A stretch of 64,000 bases of DNA. Origin: Phoronis australis. Taxonomy: Eukaryota; Animalia; Phoronida. The stretch covers positions 186,707-250,706 of the forward strand of contig NMRA01000118.1 in NCBI GenBank assembly GCA_002633005.1, given 5' to 3'. Made by a program: the position numbers and the translations under genes. The notes under the pieces were generated by a model. The model searched no databases. It had not been told where the DNA came from and saw only the letters and a list, made by a program, of their open reading frames with translations. Positions 27,149-38,293 of this stretch are shown piece after piece. Position 1 is the stretch's first letter; each line of letters begins with the position of its first letter.

Positions 27149-30100
27149 CAAACACCCTCACGTTGACTCAAAATTAATAACCGTCATCATTAATGTGTTC
27201 CTAGAAATATTACACTCATAAGCTACAATACACACAACATGCTAAGAAATTTGTCTAACATTGGGAACTTTATTTTTCTGATGTGTTGATTAGAAATATG
27301 GTCTAGTTTAAGGATAGACTGAAGCACTAAGTCTGGGCATTAACATAGCCATAGAACACACAACAAGGCTACACCCTCTTCATTGCAGACCCTTCCCCTG
27401 ATAGAAACTCATTTCAATTTTGTGTTTGCCTAGCTCCCCTGTCCCCTGTTCATGCAGTGCCTCCAGGTTGCCTCTCATTACAGTCAATCATTGGTCGCCA
27501 ACAATTTCAAGTTTGGCAACCTCTGTTGAATAATTCTGACTACATCAGTGGTGCTGGGGGAATAGGTTATTAAAGACCCGACTTCCACTCAAGTTGCACA
27601 TTCACTGCCTTGTGAAAGCATAGACCATTATGAAAGTAACACCTGGGTCCAGGGTTTCAACTTTTTACTCAAGATTTTTTGTTACTTTCTATTCTACTTT
27701 TGTTTGAACTCGAGATAAGTGTCTTTTATTTTATATTTGAATGCTTATTGATGGCAATTAATGATCCCAGTCTTAGAGCTAAAAGTTCAAGTCTGAGTTC
27801 AAGGTTTTACTAGAAATCTTATGTTTTTACTCAAATTTTAGTTTGAATCTAGTGGTCATTAAGTACTATCTTGATCTCGCAAGAAAGTGGAGTGGAAGTG
27901 ACAAAAACAATTTCGAGTTCAATTTGGATTGAAAGCTTCACTCAAGAGGTGTATTCTCAAACATGATCACATAATCCCTTTTCAGGGTTTTAAATCAATC
28001 CATACAAGACTGGGCTAGAATCTGTTTAGCCCAAAAAGCATTTAAATACATGGTGGAGAATAAGAAAGCATCTGTAATACACTGTATTGAAAAAATGAAC
28101 CCTTTTTAAGTTCCTTACACATAAAGTGTACCATTTTTCAAGCTGCTATTAATCCAACCTCTTTTTAGAACCATCATGTAACAATATAAGATTGGGCTCG
28201 TACTAACAATGTTGTTTTTGTCCAAAATAGTAGCTAGTAAATCTAATCACCATTGCTCGCGTGAAGATTGGCATGTCCAGCAGTTGGATTTGGATACTAG
28301 TGTCCAGTGTCAATCGTCACACGTGTGCTCCTGGTTAGACTCTTGAACTCCCACTGTTCTTTACTGAGATTACACGTGGCATATTGGCTTACGTTGAACT
28401 GATAGTTTGTTTTTGCTTAAGACCTGGTGCAATAACCATGGCTTTGAGCACTAACAAAGTTTAATTTCTTCCAAGTCCACTAAGAAACAAGTTGAGACAG
28501 GGATATATACAGGGCCTGGAGTTTCCCTCTTTTAAGAGGATTTCCTATTTTTTTGTTTTTATTTCCTCATGTTTGATTTCCAGCTTCTTTTTTATCATTA
28601 TTTTGACTTGATTCATGCAAAAAACATTTATTTCAGTTAAATTTTACAACACAAAACTATTTCTATCTCACAAGCCTATTTGTGAAACGATAGATCTCCT
28701 GGAAAATTTTCTTCTTTTAGTCATTCCAATTCTTGTATATATGTGGTAAGTTGTTCAGACCAAAATTTATTCTTTTTCACACAAGACGCATTCAATGCAA
28801 CTTTAACGAATTCGAATGAAATCTGGAAGCCACAAGACACCATCTGATAAGCGCATTCTGAAATCAACAATTGCGCTTGTACTTTCCATGATGTTCAACC
28901 CACATTGTTAGGTATATAGGGATAGGGTTCATATCACCATACTTGGGCTTTCAGAGTACCCTCCTAAAACCATTCCAGGGGATACTCCCACAGGTTTATA
29001 CCGGACATGACACCTAGCTGGGTGATTTTTCTCAAACAATTTCTCTTCAAAATGTAGCTTGAAAAAATCCTTACCAAAACAAACTTTTTCCCATGAATAC
29101 AACGGGTTTCACTCTGGAAGTTAAAAACATTGCAAATGGTATCTTCTTCCTACTGCAGAAGGGGTTTTAATATCATGATACCTGTATTTTTAAAACTTTG
29201 GACACCAGACTCATTTTTGACAACAGGAATCTCTGATCCGACTTCTTCAAGTTTCATGGGTGAAAAAGACAGCTGTTCAAGAATTACTATGAAAGGTTTC
29301 AGTTGTTAGCATTAACCCTTATGAAAAAATTGTGCATTTGGAACATTAGGCTACATTATTATTGAACTAAAAACCTCGGACGACAAATATAATGTTTTAG
29401 TCACTGTCTAAATGGGTGGAGATTCTTCTAGTACCAGATTATGCATAAAACTAAAGATTAGGGCCCATTTGGGACACCTCTCGGGTATTTTCATAGCTAC
29501 AAATTTACCCTCGGAACATCTAGAGCACGTCGGCTATTTTCCTATTTACAAATTTTTCTTCGAAACACTTTGGGTAACGAAAATATTTTCGTAGCCTAAA
29601 ATATCGCCTCGAAGATGAACGTTATCCAAAATATGGCAAGTCACGTGATTTTCAGTCTTGAGAATAATAGGCTAACTGAAGTCCGCACACATGCAGGAAC
29701 CGTTCACCTATTGGGTGGAATTTGAGGTTACGAAAACACCCGAGGTGTTCTGGATGCCCTTGGAAGTAATTGTTTTCAGTGCAAGCTCGAACTTTTGGTC
29801 ATTATGACCAATCATTCTCCACTTAGTTTGAAAGTCACGCAGGTTAAATTCACCTTAAAGGAGAAATTTAATGCTCCGAATATACCCAAGATGATCTGAT
29901 GGCTTAGGACCCTCAAGTTGTGCGGGGTCCCACCTCAAAGAGGGAAATGGGAAGAAAATTATGGCAACGTGGGGAGGGGTGTAGCTTGAGAATTGTGGCT
30001 ACCTGAAGGGTCGAAAATTGTGGTTCTAGGGAGTGAATTCTGTGTCTACTATAACACTGTACAGTGACGGATTTAGGGGGGGGAGGACAGCAAGGGGGCA

Positions 30101-30608
30101 TGGCCCTGCCTAAACTTCTCCCAGATTCCATTTGGCAGTTTGGGGGTGTGAATGTCTGACAGTCAAAATACTCTGCCCTTGTCGCTGCCCTCTCCCCCGA
30201 ACTTAAATTCCTGGATCCGCCCCTGCAAGAGGCGTTTTCAATTCATATATTTAGCGTTCAAATTCTGAAACTGAAAAAGCCAAGTGAAAAGAGTGAAGCC
30301 ATTGTTAATTCAGATTTATTGTCGTAATAAGGAATCGATAATTTCAGCTCTGTTTGTTGATAAAATAACAATATAAACAGCTACCTCACCAGAGAGTTCG
30401 ACGTGCAGACGCAACCCAAAAATAAATTTTACTCTCGCGACACCTAGCGATCTGATAACGTAAGACCGGGTGTCCGCATGCGCAGAGCAAACTTCCTGGT
30501 TAAAAATTGCCAGCTGACAGCCAATGAAAACCATCGTTCTAGTGCCCTGTACCTGGGCCTTCACAAGCAATCCGTGACGTCAGCTTGTGAGGCCCGGGAA
30601 CCAGGTTA
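27149..30608. mobile_element. Large dispersed repeat, copy 2 (probably extends further left)
   Basis: Colinear with 1-3411 and has the identical right terminus GGGAACCAGGTTA. Confidence 0.75.
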
Positions 30609-30637
30609 TCTCGCTGCTAGCGAAAACGGCAGCAATG

Positions 30638-31762
30638 TATCGTTGGCTAAATATAGGTGAACGTTACGCACGTGCGTAAATAAATTCCTGTTAGTGGTGT
30701 TAATCAACTTTTAACGACGTATATTAATTATTAGCGACGTAAATTAACCTTTATCGGTGTAAATTAATTATTTGCGGTGGTGCAAATTAACTTTTAACGG
30801 CTACGAAGAACTATGTAATAGTTATAACTTTCAACCTCCAATACTAGAATTCTATGGATTAAGAAGTGCAACCTTTGCAGCGTACAGGGGTCTTAAGAAT
30901 AGACAAGGCAATATCTTTTTACCGAATTTTCCAAGTTATATTTATAAAATTTTGCGTAATAAATCCCAAGCGGTAAATATTCATGACACCTTAGTGCAGT
31001 CACTTCAGACAGCTTGTAAGTATAAAAACAAGTGGTCATCTGAGATGGATATACACGGTGTCATAAATAATGTAAATTTTAGTGACCCTGATACATGGTG
31101 GAGAAAAGTAAATAAACTCCCCTTCAATTGTACAAAAGATACACAACTGCGTTGGTTTCAATACCGTTTAATTCACAGAATATTGTCAACTAATAATTAT
31201 TTACATAAAATCAAAATAAAAACAAATGATTTATGCTCTTTCTGTGGTGAACACAGTGAAACTTTTCTCCATCTGTTTTGGGAATGTCGTCTTGTCTCCG
31301 GTTTCTGGCTCCTGTTTGCTGAGTGGTTAAAACAAACATATCATGTAAATTTTCATGTGGACAAGATAACAGTGTTTTTTGTTTTTTTGGGGAAATATTC
31401 AGTCGGAAAATTGTAACATTAATCTGTTGATCATGCTAGCAAAAATTACATATTTAGCCAAAAATTCGTTAAAAAATCTCAATTTCCAAATGTTCCTTTA
31501 ATTTATTTATTAAAATACATCCTGAAGGAAATACGGTACTTGTTGACTAGTGATTTAATGTTATTCCTTTTAAATGATGTATACTGTATTGTTTTATGTG
31601 ACATGTAATTATCATACTAGAGCAAAAAAATATGAAAAGAAAACTTTTAACGGCCTAAAATAATTCTTTACGGCGTAAATTAATCATTTACGGCGTAATT
31701 AAAAGCTAATTTACGCACGTAATTTACGTGCGTAGCGTTCACCCGCCATTTGGCCGACGATA
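30638..31762. mobile_element. MITE with TIRs and AT-rich internal subrepeats, split by a Tx1/L1-like insertion
   Basis: TATCGTTGGCTAAAT...GGTGAACGTTACGCACGT pairs with ACGTGCGTAGCGTTCACC...ATTTGGCCGACGATA. A further partial copy follows at ~31763-31950. Confidence 0.7.
30802..31641 (+). mobile_element. 5'-truncated L1/Tx1-clade retrotransposon (zf-RVT C-terminus) with A-rich tail and 13-bp TSD
   Basis: LRWFQYRLIHRILSTN..L...CSFCGEHSETFLHLFWEC motif; A-rich tail at ~31624-31643; AACTTTTAACGGC at 30789-30801 and 31642-31654. Confidence 0.88.
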
Positions 31763-32654
31763 AATTTATACCGTAGACTTAATTAAAGCCGTTTAAAGTT
31801 AATTTACGCCGCAAGTAATAAATTTATGCCTTTAAAAGTTAATTTACGCTGTAAATAATTAAAGTACGCCTGTTAATAAGTAATTTGCGTCACGAAAAAG
31901 AATAATTTTTGTACGTAATGTACGTGCGCTCTGTTCACTGATTTGGCCAACAATTGTAAGAGTTGTAAGGGTCACTCTTGTCAGTGTTTCTCTGACGGTT
32001 TCAGTTGGGTTACCCCAAACCTGCTCGAGTTTTCACACGATTTTCCGTGGCTTTTTGGATCTTGTCTTTTCGCGAGTTTCTTGCGTCTGTGGAACGCACC
32101 TCATTTAAAACATTCATTTAACATCGACAGTGAATGCACTCTGACTTTCCCGTTATCAAAAGACATCATCCCCCAGATTCGTTGGAGGATTTGAATAACA
32201 GGATAAAGAATCTTCCTCCGTCGCGGAACGCAAGGGCAAACAATTGCGCGAACTGCAGCCCTTTTCTCATATTCAGCAATTCTTCTCTTCCGAATACAAT
32301 TATTTCTCCCTGAGCAGCATGTATTTCCAGGGTTAGGTACATTGTACCAAGCACAAGGCTCTTGTGTCTACTATCACAGATGAAACAATCACGATTTATG
32401 AGAAAAGAACAAAGTTTGAAAGACTATAATTCAATTAATGGATAAACAAAGAATTAGACACACGTGGGCACTTTAATACCAGATGGTAGTACCCGAAAGT
32501 ATAATTCCGTTCACTTGAAACTTATCAGTCATTTCTGAAACATGATGTTCCAAAGAATTTTCTAGAGTTACCCACAAACGTAAATGAGGATACGTGTTTA
32601 TTTTATATCCTATTAACGACACCACTAACCGATACACCGCAAGGTTCACCTAGC

Positions 32655-34568
32655 CTAGAATTTCCTAACTTTAGCTGTGACATTTGACATCACCATGTTG
32701 CAAAAATAGTCTCTGAATACTTTTTCCTTGCTCACTAGGCTTAACTTGGACGGGTGGAAGAACACGTCATCGATGTTCTTGGGGAAGTGCACCCACGGCT
32801 GATTCCGGTAAGCGTCCCAATATCCATCTCCAGACAATATTTCAATGTCGTCATCGAAGTTGTCTGCCAAACAATTCACAATCATTGGAATAGCAATCTC
32901 CATGTACACGCCATGGTCAAGAAACAGTTTTGATAAAACGTGATACTTGTCAATAAATCTTTCCGGAATGTAGAACAAGTCGGTTCCCATCCTGCCATTG
33001 ATCACATGATCAGCACCATGATGGAAAGTATTTTTGTCAGCACACTTTCGCATAAGAACGTTGCTGTGTGTCAGTACCCGCAGCACCTCTTTTTTAAACA
33101 CGTTCCACCACATCCATGTAGAAGAAGCAGAACAGTTCAAACACATGCTACCGTCATGTGATCGGAAATGTGGACTTCTGGTAAACTTGACCTTTGAACA
33201 ATCCACTTGATTACACTCCTTACCAGTTCGAATATCTGCAACCCAGCCAACCGTAGTAGGATTATATCCACATTGCTCTGTCCACATTTTGTTCCTTGAA
33301 AACTTTTCCATGTTCCAAAAGTTGAGCATGACATCATCTCCCATAACGAGATAACCTTTAAATTCACGGTAATTCATATCTAGCGCCCTTTGTAAGCACC
33401 CATAATTCATCTGTCCATCGTGCATGTTAAAGACCGTGCCGTCACGATATCTCGTTACAAATGACACATCAAATTCCTCGAAAAACTTACTGGATGGCAG
33501 CTTTGGTCCACAGTACAATATGTTTGGAAAGACAGGTCGATAGACGGCTTCAGTGAACGCTACAGAAGAACGATAGTACGCAGCATCGTTAAACCAAACT
33601 AAAAGGAGTAGCGACCTGTGTTTATCTCTCCATGACTTGATGCTTTGCTGGGTATACGCTGGATACTTAGCATCCGGGCATGTACTGGCGATCAGTTTGT
33701 TGGACTGCTCCTGGTGAAGGTACATCGGCGCTGGCTGTCTTGATTCTTCAAGATCAGCCATCTCAGAAGGAAAGAACATGTATGGCGTAGCAGAATCACA
33801 AGTCATCTCGGAGATCCGTGATCGACTAGATGATTTTGTGAGCTCCAACTCCTTCCAATCGTGCAACCAGTCCAAGAAAGACTGTTTTGTTTCAATGTCA
33901 AATATCTTCTGTCTCACGAATTCCCCAAGAAGTTGTGTAGCACACTTTGCCCGAGAAAGCCCGTCACACTTTACTTGAGAACAAAACAGTGATTCAAAAA
34001 AATTCGAATGTTTATTCCAAGTATTACGCTTAAATTTAGGAAACCGGATGTTAATGTCACCAGTTACGCAGCCAGGGGCAAAGATGATATATGACTGTAA
34101 ACGTTTGTATAAGATTTGCATAAAATAAGACCATGATAGAGCTCTGTCCCAATTGCTCTCAGAGTCAACAATCACGAAGCCAAGCCACAGAAAATCCTTA
34201 CTCAAGATAGTATTTGACATGCTCTGGTTATAGAAAGTCACGTGATTAGATAAGAGAAGGGGTGAGCTACTTTCGGTGTTAGTTATCACGTGATCATTTA
34301 GTATCCGGCTTCTGTCACTGTCCACAAATGCAAAGGTCGCAGATGGATTAGTTATATTGCACATTTCATAGGCAGCACCTCCAGAGCGAAGACACCTGGC
34401 TGTCGGTGACAACTTGCACCAAAAGTGTTCGGAAGGGTCATAAACAGCAGAACACCTCGTTTGCTTATTTGTCATAAGGAAGGTCTTCCTAAATGATTTG
34501 TGGAATTCTTGTACTTTCAGTAGACGCCCATTTCTGGTGTGGCCGACGTATATAACTTGTGCGCCATT
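32655..34568 (-). CDS. Large terminal exon of a STELLO/DUF288-like Golgi glycosyltransferase
   Basis: Open ~637 codons with FQNGAQVIY (compare STELLO AIQHGAxxI), FPNILYCG, GYLVMGDDVMLNFWN, DLFYIP, EIAIP and FFHPSK. A pyrimidine-rich ...TGTTTCAG acceptor ends at 34569. The exact 5' boundary is uncertain (see findings). Confidence 0.8.
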   Translation of the reverse strand, partial: NGAQVIYVGHTRNGRLLKVQEFHKSFRKTFLMTNKQTRCSAVYDPSEHFWCKLSPTARCLRSGGAAYEMCNITNPSATFAFVDSDRSRILNDHVITNTESSSPLLLSNHVTFYNQSMSNTILSKDFLWLGFVIVDSESNWDRALSWSYFMQILYKRLQSYIIFAPGCVTGDINIRFPKFKRNTWNKHSNFFESLFCSQVKCDGLSRAKCATQLLGEFVRQKIFDIETKQSFLDWLHDWKELELTKSSSRSRISEMTCDSATPYMFFPSEMADLEESRQPAPMYLHQEQSNKLIASTCPDAKYPAYTQQSIKSWRDKHRSLLLLVWFNDAAYYRSSVAFTEAVYRPVFPNILYCGPKLPSSKFFEEFDVSFVTRYRDGTVFNMHDGQMNYGCLQRALDMNYREFKGYLVMGDDVMLNFWNMEKFSRNKMWTEQCGYNPTTVGWVADIRTGKECNQVDCSKVKFTRSPHFRSHDGSMCLNCSASSTWMWWNVFKKEVLRVLTHSNVLMRKCADKNTFHHGADHVINGRMGTDLFYIPERFIDKYHVLSKLFLDHGVYMEIAIPMIVNCLADNFDDDIEILSGDGYWDAYRNQPWVHFPKNIDDVFFHPSKLSLVSKEKVFRDYFCNMVMSNVTAKVRKF

Positions 34569-35715
34569 CTGAAACAACAGCAGAGATTGAAATTATCGTC
34601 AGTCATAAACTGGAAGTTTAGCGTAGAAGCAGAGCATGTTAATTGAAGAAAACAATGCTAGTAAACCTAAAATAGCCTCTCTCCAGTAATGCGTTCATTA
34701 ACTGGAACGCACTTGCCAGTTTCATCCGATTCTTGCAGCAGTTTGGAAGATTGTGAGACGGACGACAAAGAACAAACACAAGAAACACCAAAAAGGTCAT
34801 TAGACTATATTCTCAACGCGACAACCCTTTAACAGGCAAGATTCAAAACAGGTTTGAAATGAGGACTTGTAATGAAATTTCGATTAGTATTTTTCGGTAT
34901 TCTGACTAACTGAGGATAAAAAATTCCTGCTAGGAACGTTGAATAATTTTCTTCTAGTGGTATTTCGTGGTAATCATGCAAAAATTGGCGTTATCACAGA
35001 TCAAAATTTACCCCCAAAATGAAATAGGGCTAATGTCACAGAAGCTAAGCTTCCAATTTTCAAACTAAAAACATTGCACATTTTAATTATTCCTCTTAGG
35101 TGTTCAAGTAAAATATATGCCCAAAAATCTGTGATGTGCCGTGTTTCCACTGGTGTTCCTATGCAGTCACTCTTAAGCACTGAGACGTAAATTCCAAGTA
35201 TTTGGTGCTCCTGGGAGTTACCTGTACAATACGTCACGTCATGCAAATGTGACAGAGGAGCAAGCACAATGCGGCGTCTGAGTAATTACATATGGGCGTC
35301 AATGGGTCAAGAGAGGATGAGCACCATATTTACTATCAACGCTCTTTTCATCTTGACAAAGTGGTCACCATGTTTGCAAAGCGTCACACTACAAAATTCC
35401 ATCCGATCCCTGTTTACAAAGCTGGCTACGGGCCTGAACATTAAACTCTGGTGACAAAGTCAGCAAAAAATGGATCATGCTGGTGGAAGAATGGCGTTGC
35501 GGTCTCATGTCGCATCCGTATTCCAGCAGAAGTTGGTTAGATAGACACAGTTTGTCATGCAGCACATGTCCTACATGTGTAGACAGAGCAAAACCCTCGA
35601 AAAGGGCAGGGTTTAATTTCTCACATGGGTAAAATATTCGCTTTCAAATGCCTATCTTATACTCGTCGGCCACGTGTCGACTTAGGCAGACAAAGATGTG
35701 CTTCTTATCTCATTG

Positions 35716-35803
35716 GCAGACTATGAGCCTTACCTTTAAAGCCACCAGATAAGCCAGCAGCAGACTATGAGCCTTACCTTTAAAGCCACCAGATAAGCCA
35801 ACA
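35716..35803. repeat. 44-bp tandem duplication
   Basis: GCAGACTATGAGCCTTACCTTTAAAGCCACCAGATAAGCCA occurs twice. Confidence 0.9.
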
Positions 35804-37357
35804 GCATAGTTTTCCTGCGTTCGCCAGTTTTTCTGGTAGCAGTTCTTGAGGAGAACTTAATTGAAACGCTGTTGAGCTTACAACGAATGCTGCAAGAAAT
35901 AAACTTTTTTCAACATGTCACGATAATGCATCTGTGGATCGCAGTGTGTGTATCGACCAAACATTATGACTTGACCTTACGTAACAAGGCCCTGGCATCA
36001 AAGAATGTTCAGAATAAAGGTTTTCATTAGGCTATCTTGCCATTTGACATAGTGGTTGTCGGGAGAAACACTACGGATCGAACGCGAAAGCCTTGGACAA
36101 GAAACTTGAAATAAGAAATTCAACAGATAACAATTGGACACCCGACAGTAGTAAAAATTGATGGCCCCAATACAATATCTTGACAAGAATGATTATGACA
36201 CACACTACTACTACTTGTAATCAAGGAGATACTGGAATTATGGACTTTGAAATGTCACAGCTTTCAAACCCATCTGCTTTCAAGTGATCGACATCAGCCA
36301 CACGCGATACGACTGGGGCTGCAAGAAGTCTTTCGATAAAACATGTTTGACAAGGTAACGTGCGAGTTTCATATATCTGTAGTGAACCAGCGCACACAAT
36401 CTTTGAAGAAATAAGTGGAAAACAAAAACGACTCAAGAGTGCAGCATGAAACAACGTTTCTATAATTAGAAAACAACATCCTCAGATAAAAAAGCCAGAC
36501 AGAATATCATAAATTATTGTAACAGAATGCTTATATCATGTCACAGGGTATGTCGAAAGATCTTCAAACTAAAAACTCGGCTACCACAACTCCATGATAC
36601 TTGTCTGACATCGTGTTCATGAGCTATTTAAGCGTCGTTTTTGCACTCCACGAAATGTATTGCAAAACTGTCGGCGATGAAAACTCCTGGCGTGTGTACT
36701 GACCTTGACCAATCAAATTTTAAACTCAGTATATGAAAGCGGCGAAGTTATTTTGGAAGAGCATACGCCTGTGAAGAAGTTGGTGTTTTTAACACCAGAA
36801 TAAAATGATGTATAGCATTCGGAAGAAATCGCCGATTTGAGACATTTTCCCGGTTCTGATTGCACAGTCGCACTGGGATAACGGTTTCCCAACACGCATT
36901 TTGTCTTTAATACGAACTGAAGTTCGACTTCTTTACATCCCGTTTTGAAATAAACTAATGTGTCACACCGATTTTCGGTGCAGTGATCAAATTAATGCAT
37001 GCCGCTCCAAACAAAAGTTTTAACTTAAAAGTTGTGGAAACATTTCATGAACGCAGTGATGGGGACACCGCCGGTTGTCCAACTGAAATCCAAATCGTGA
37101 GCGCCCAAGTGATACAAGCTCCGAATTTGTTGCAGGTGCTCTGACTAGCTTGGATATTGTGAGTTATTTTGACAAAGAGTCTTTCAGTTTTACATCAAAT
37201 CAGTAGCCTATTTACGGACAAGCTAATTTTGATAACTGAATTAGTATTTGTTCATTACTAACTTAGATCATTAACTGAACGGAATATGTAATGTTAAGAA
37301 AAAATCTCTCAGACGAAAAAGATTGTATGTGAAAAGTTTAATTCATCAACGACTTAC

Positions 37358-37554
37358 TTATCACTGTAGAAGATGTCGTCTCCTGACACAACAAGTACGT
37401 TTACCTCTCGGGGGGCGACGTCTTGACATGGTGCAAACTGACGCGTGATGACCCACAGGCCACCATTCTTTACCTCGTACCCTGGACGTCTTTTTGGACG
37501 GAATTTGCTTGGTCCAGCTAACGAAGAAGCGTACTGGGACGAATAGATGTAAAC
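37358..37554 (-). CDS. STELLO-like gene, coding exon 2
   Basis: Acceptor ttcacag and donor gtaagt. 197-nt open frame VYIYSSQY...GGLWVITRQFAPC...VNVLVVSGDDIFYSD, resembling the STELLO N-terminal W-I-V-V...V-L-x-V-G-D region. Ends in phase 2. Confidence 0.7.
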
Positions 37555-37694
37555 CTGTGAAGTACAAAAAACTGAATTTATTACAATGGATCACATTGCG
37601 AAATTCTGCAGAGTGGTCATGAATTATGAATTGAAGACCCGTTATTGGATAGGATGCGGCAACTTATTTCATATTGCTTAAAGCACCAACTTAC

Positions 37695-37757
37695 ACATGT
37701 AAGAGACAATGATATGATGACTGTTGCCCGGAAAAATCCTTTCATTGACAGCGACAT
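37695..37757 (-). CDS. STELLO-like gene, first coding exon (type II signal anchor)
   Basis: MSLSMKGFFRATVIISLSLTC followed by gtaagt; joins exon 2 in phase 0 to complete a hydrophobic anchor. The exon acceptor (ttgttgcag) ends at 37833, implying an upstream UTR exon. Confidence 0.7.
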
Positions 37758-38130
37758 ATCCGTCAGGAAGGGCTATTTTGAATAGTTTGATTGACTAACT
37801 TGACTGATTTCTTGGTTTCTGTTCGAATCGGTCTGCAACAACAAAAATACATTTTATCAAACAAGTGCTTTTGGATTACATAAAACACCAGAAGACATTA
37901 ACGATGATTCGATGAACGAGAGACTTCCGAATGTAAGCGACACTTGGCAAAACCTAATGAAAATTTAGAGTTTGGGTAGGCGACAAAACACAAAACACCA
38001 ACAACGACGGCCCCGACGGCGCCCTGTTACACCAACGTACTGTAAATAATGAATAATTGAGAGTGCATTAAGGAATTAATCAATAAAAGACAGTCATCAA
38101 ATCAGAAAACTATCTCTAATAACTCGAGAA

Positions 38131-38293
38131 CATCAAGTCGTAGCACCATCAAGTCGTAGCGCCATCAAGTCGTAGCGCCATCAAGTCGTAACGCCATCAA
38201 GTCGTAACGCCATCAAGTCGTAACGCCATCAAGTCGTAGCGCCATCAAGTCGTAGCGCCATCAAGTCGTAGCGCCATCAAGTCGTAACGCCAT
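38131..38293. repeat. 16-bp minisatellite, about 10 copies
   Basis: Head-to-tail CATCAAGTCGTA(G/A)CGC with no spacers. Confidence 0.95.

Noticed and set aside
26400-27200. Cys-rich P2X7/KolX-like coding remnants on the minus strand
   Set aside because: Only scattered 3-4 residue resemblances across several frameshifts; not supportable without a search.
32655-34577. Intronless or horizontally acquired 640-aa gene starting at TTG 34577
   Set aside because: Upstream spliced exons supply the ATG and signal anchor, so this ORF is a large terminal exon.
34905-34960. Hammerhead ribozyme core (CTGAGGA...hairpin)
   Set aside because: GAAT instead of GAAA and no convincing stems I and III.
38131-38293. 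CRISPR-like array
   Set aside because: The units are contiguous with no unique spacers, there are no cas genes, and the context is eukaryotic.
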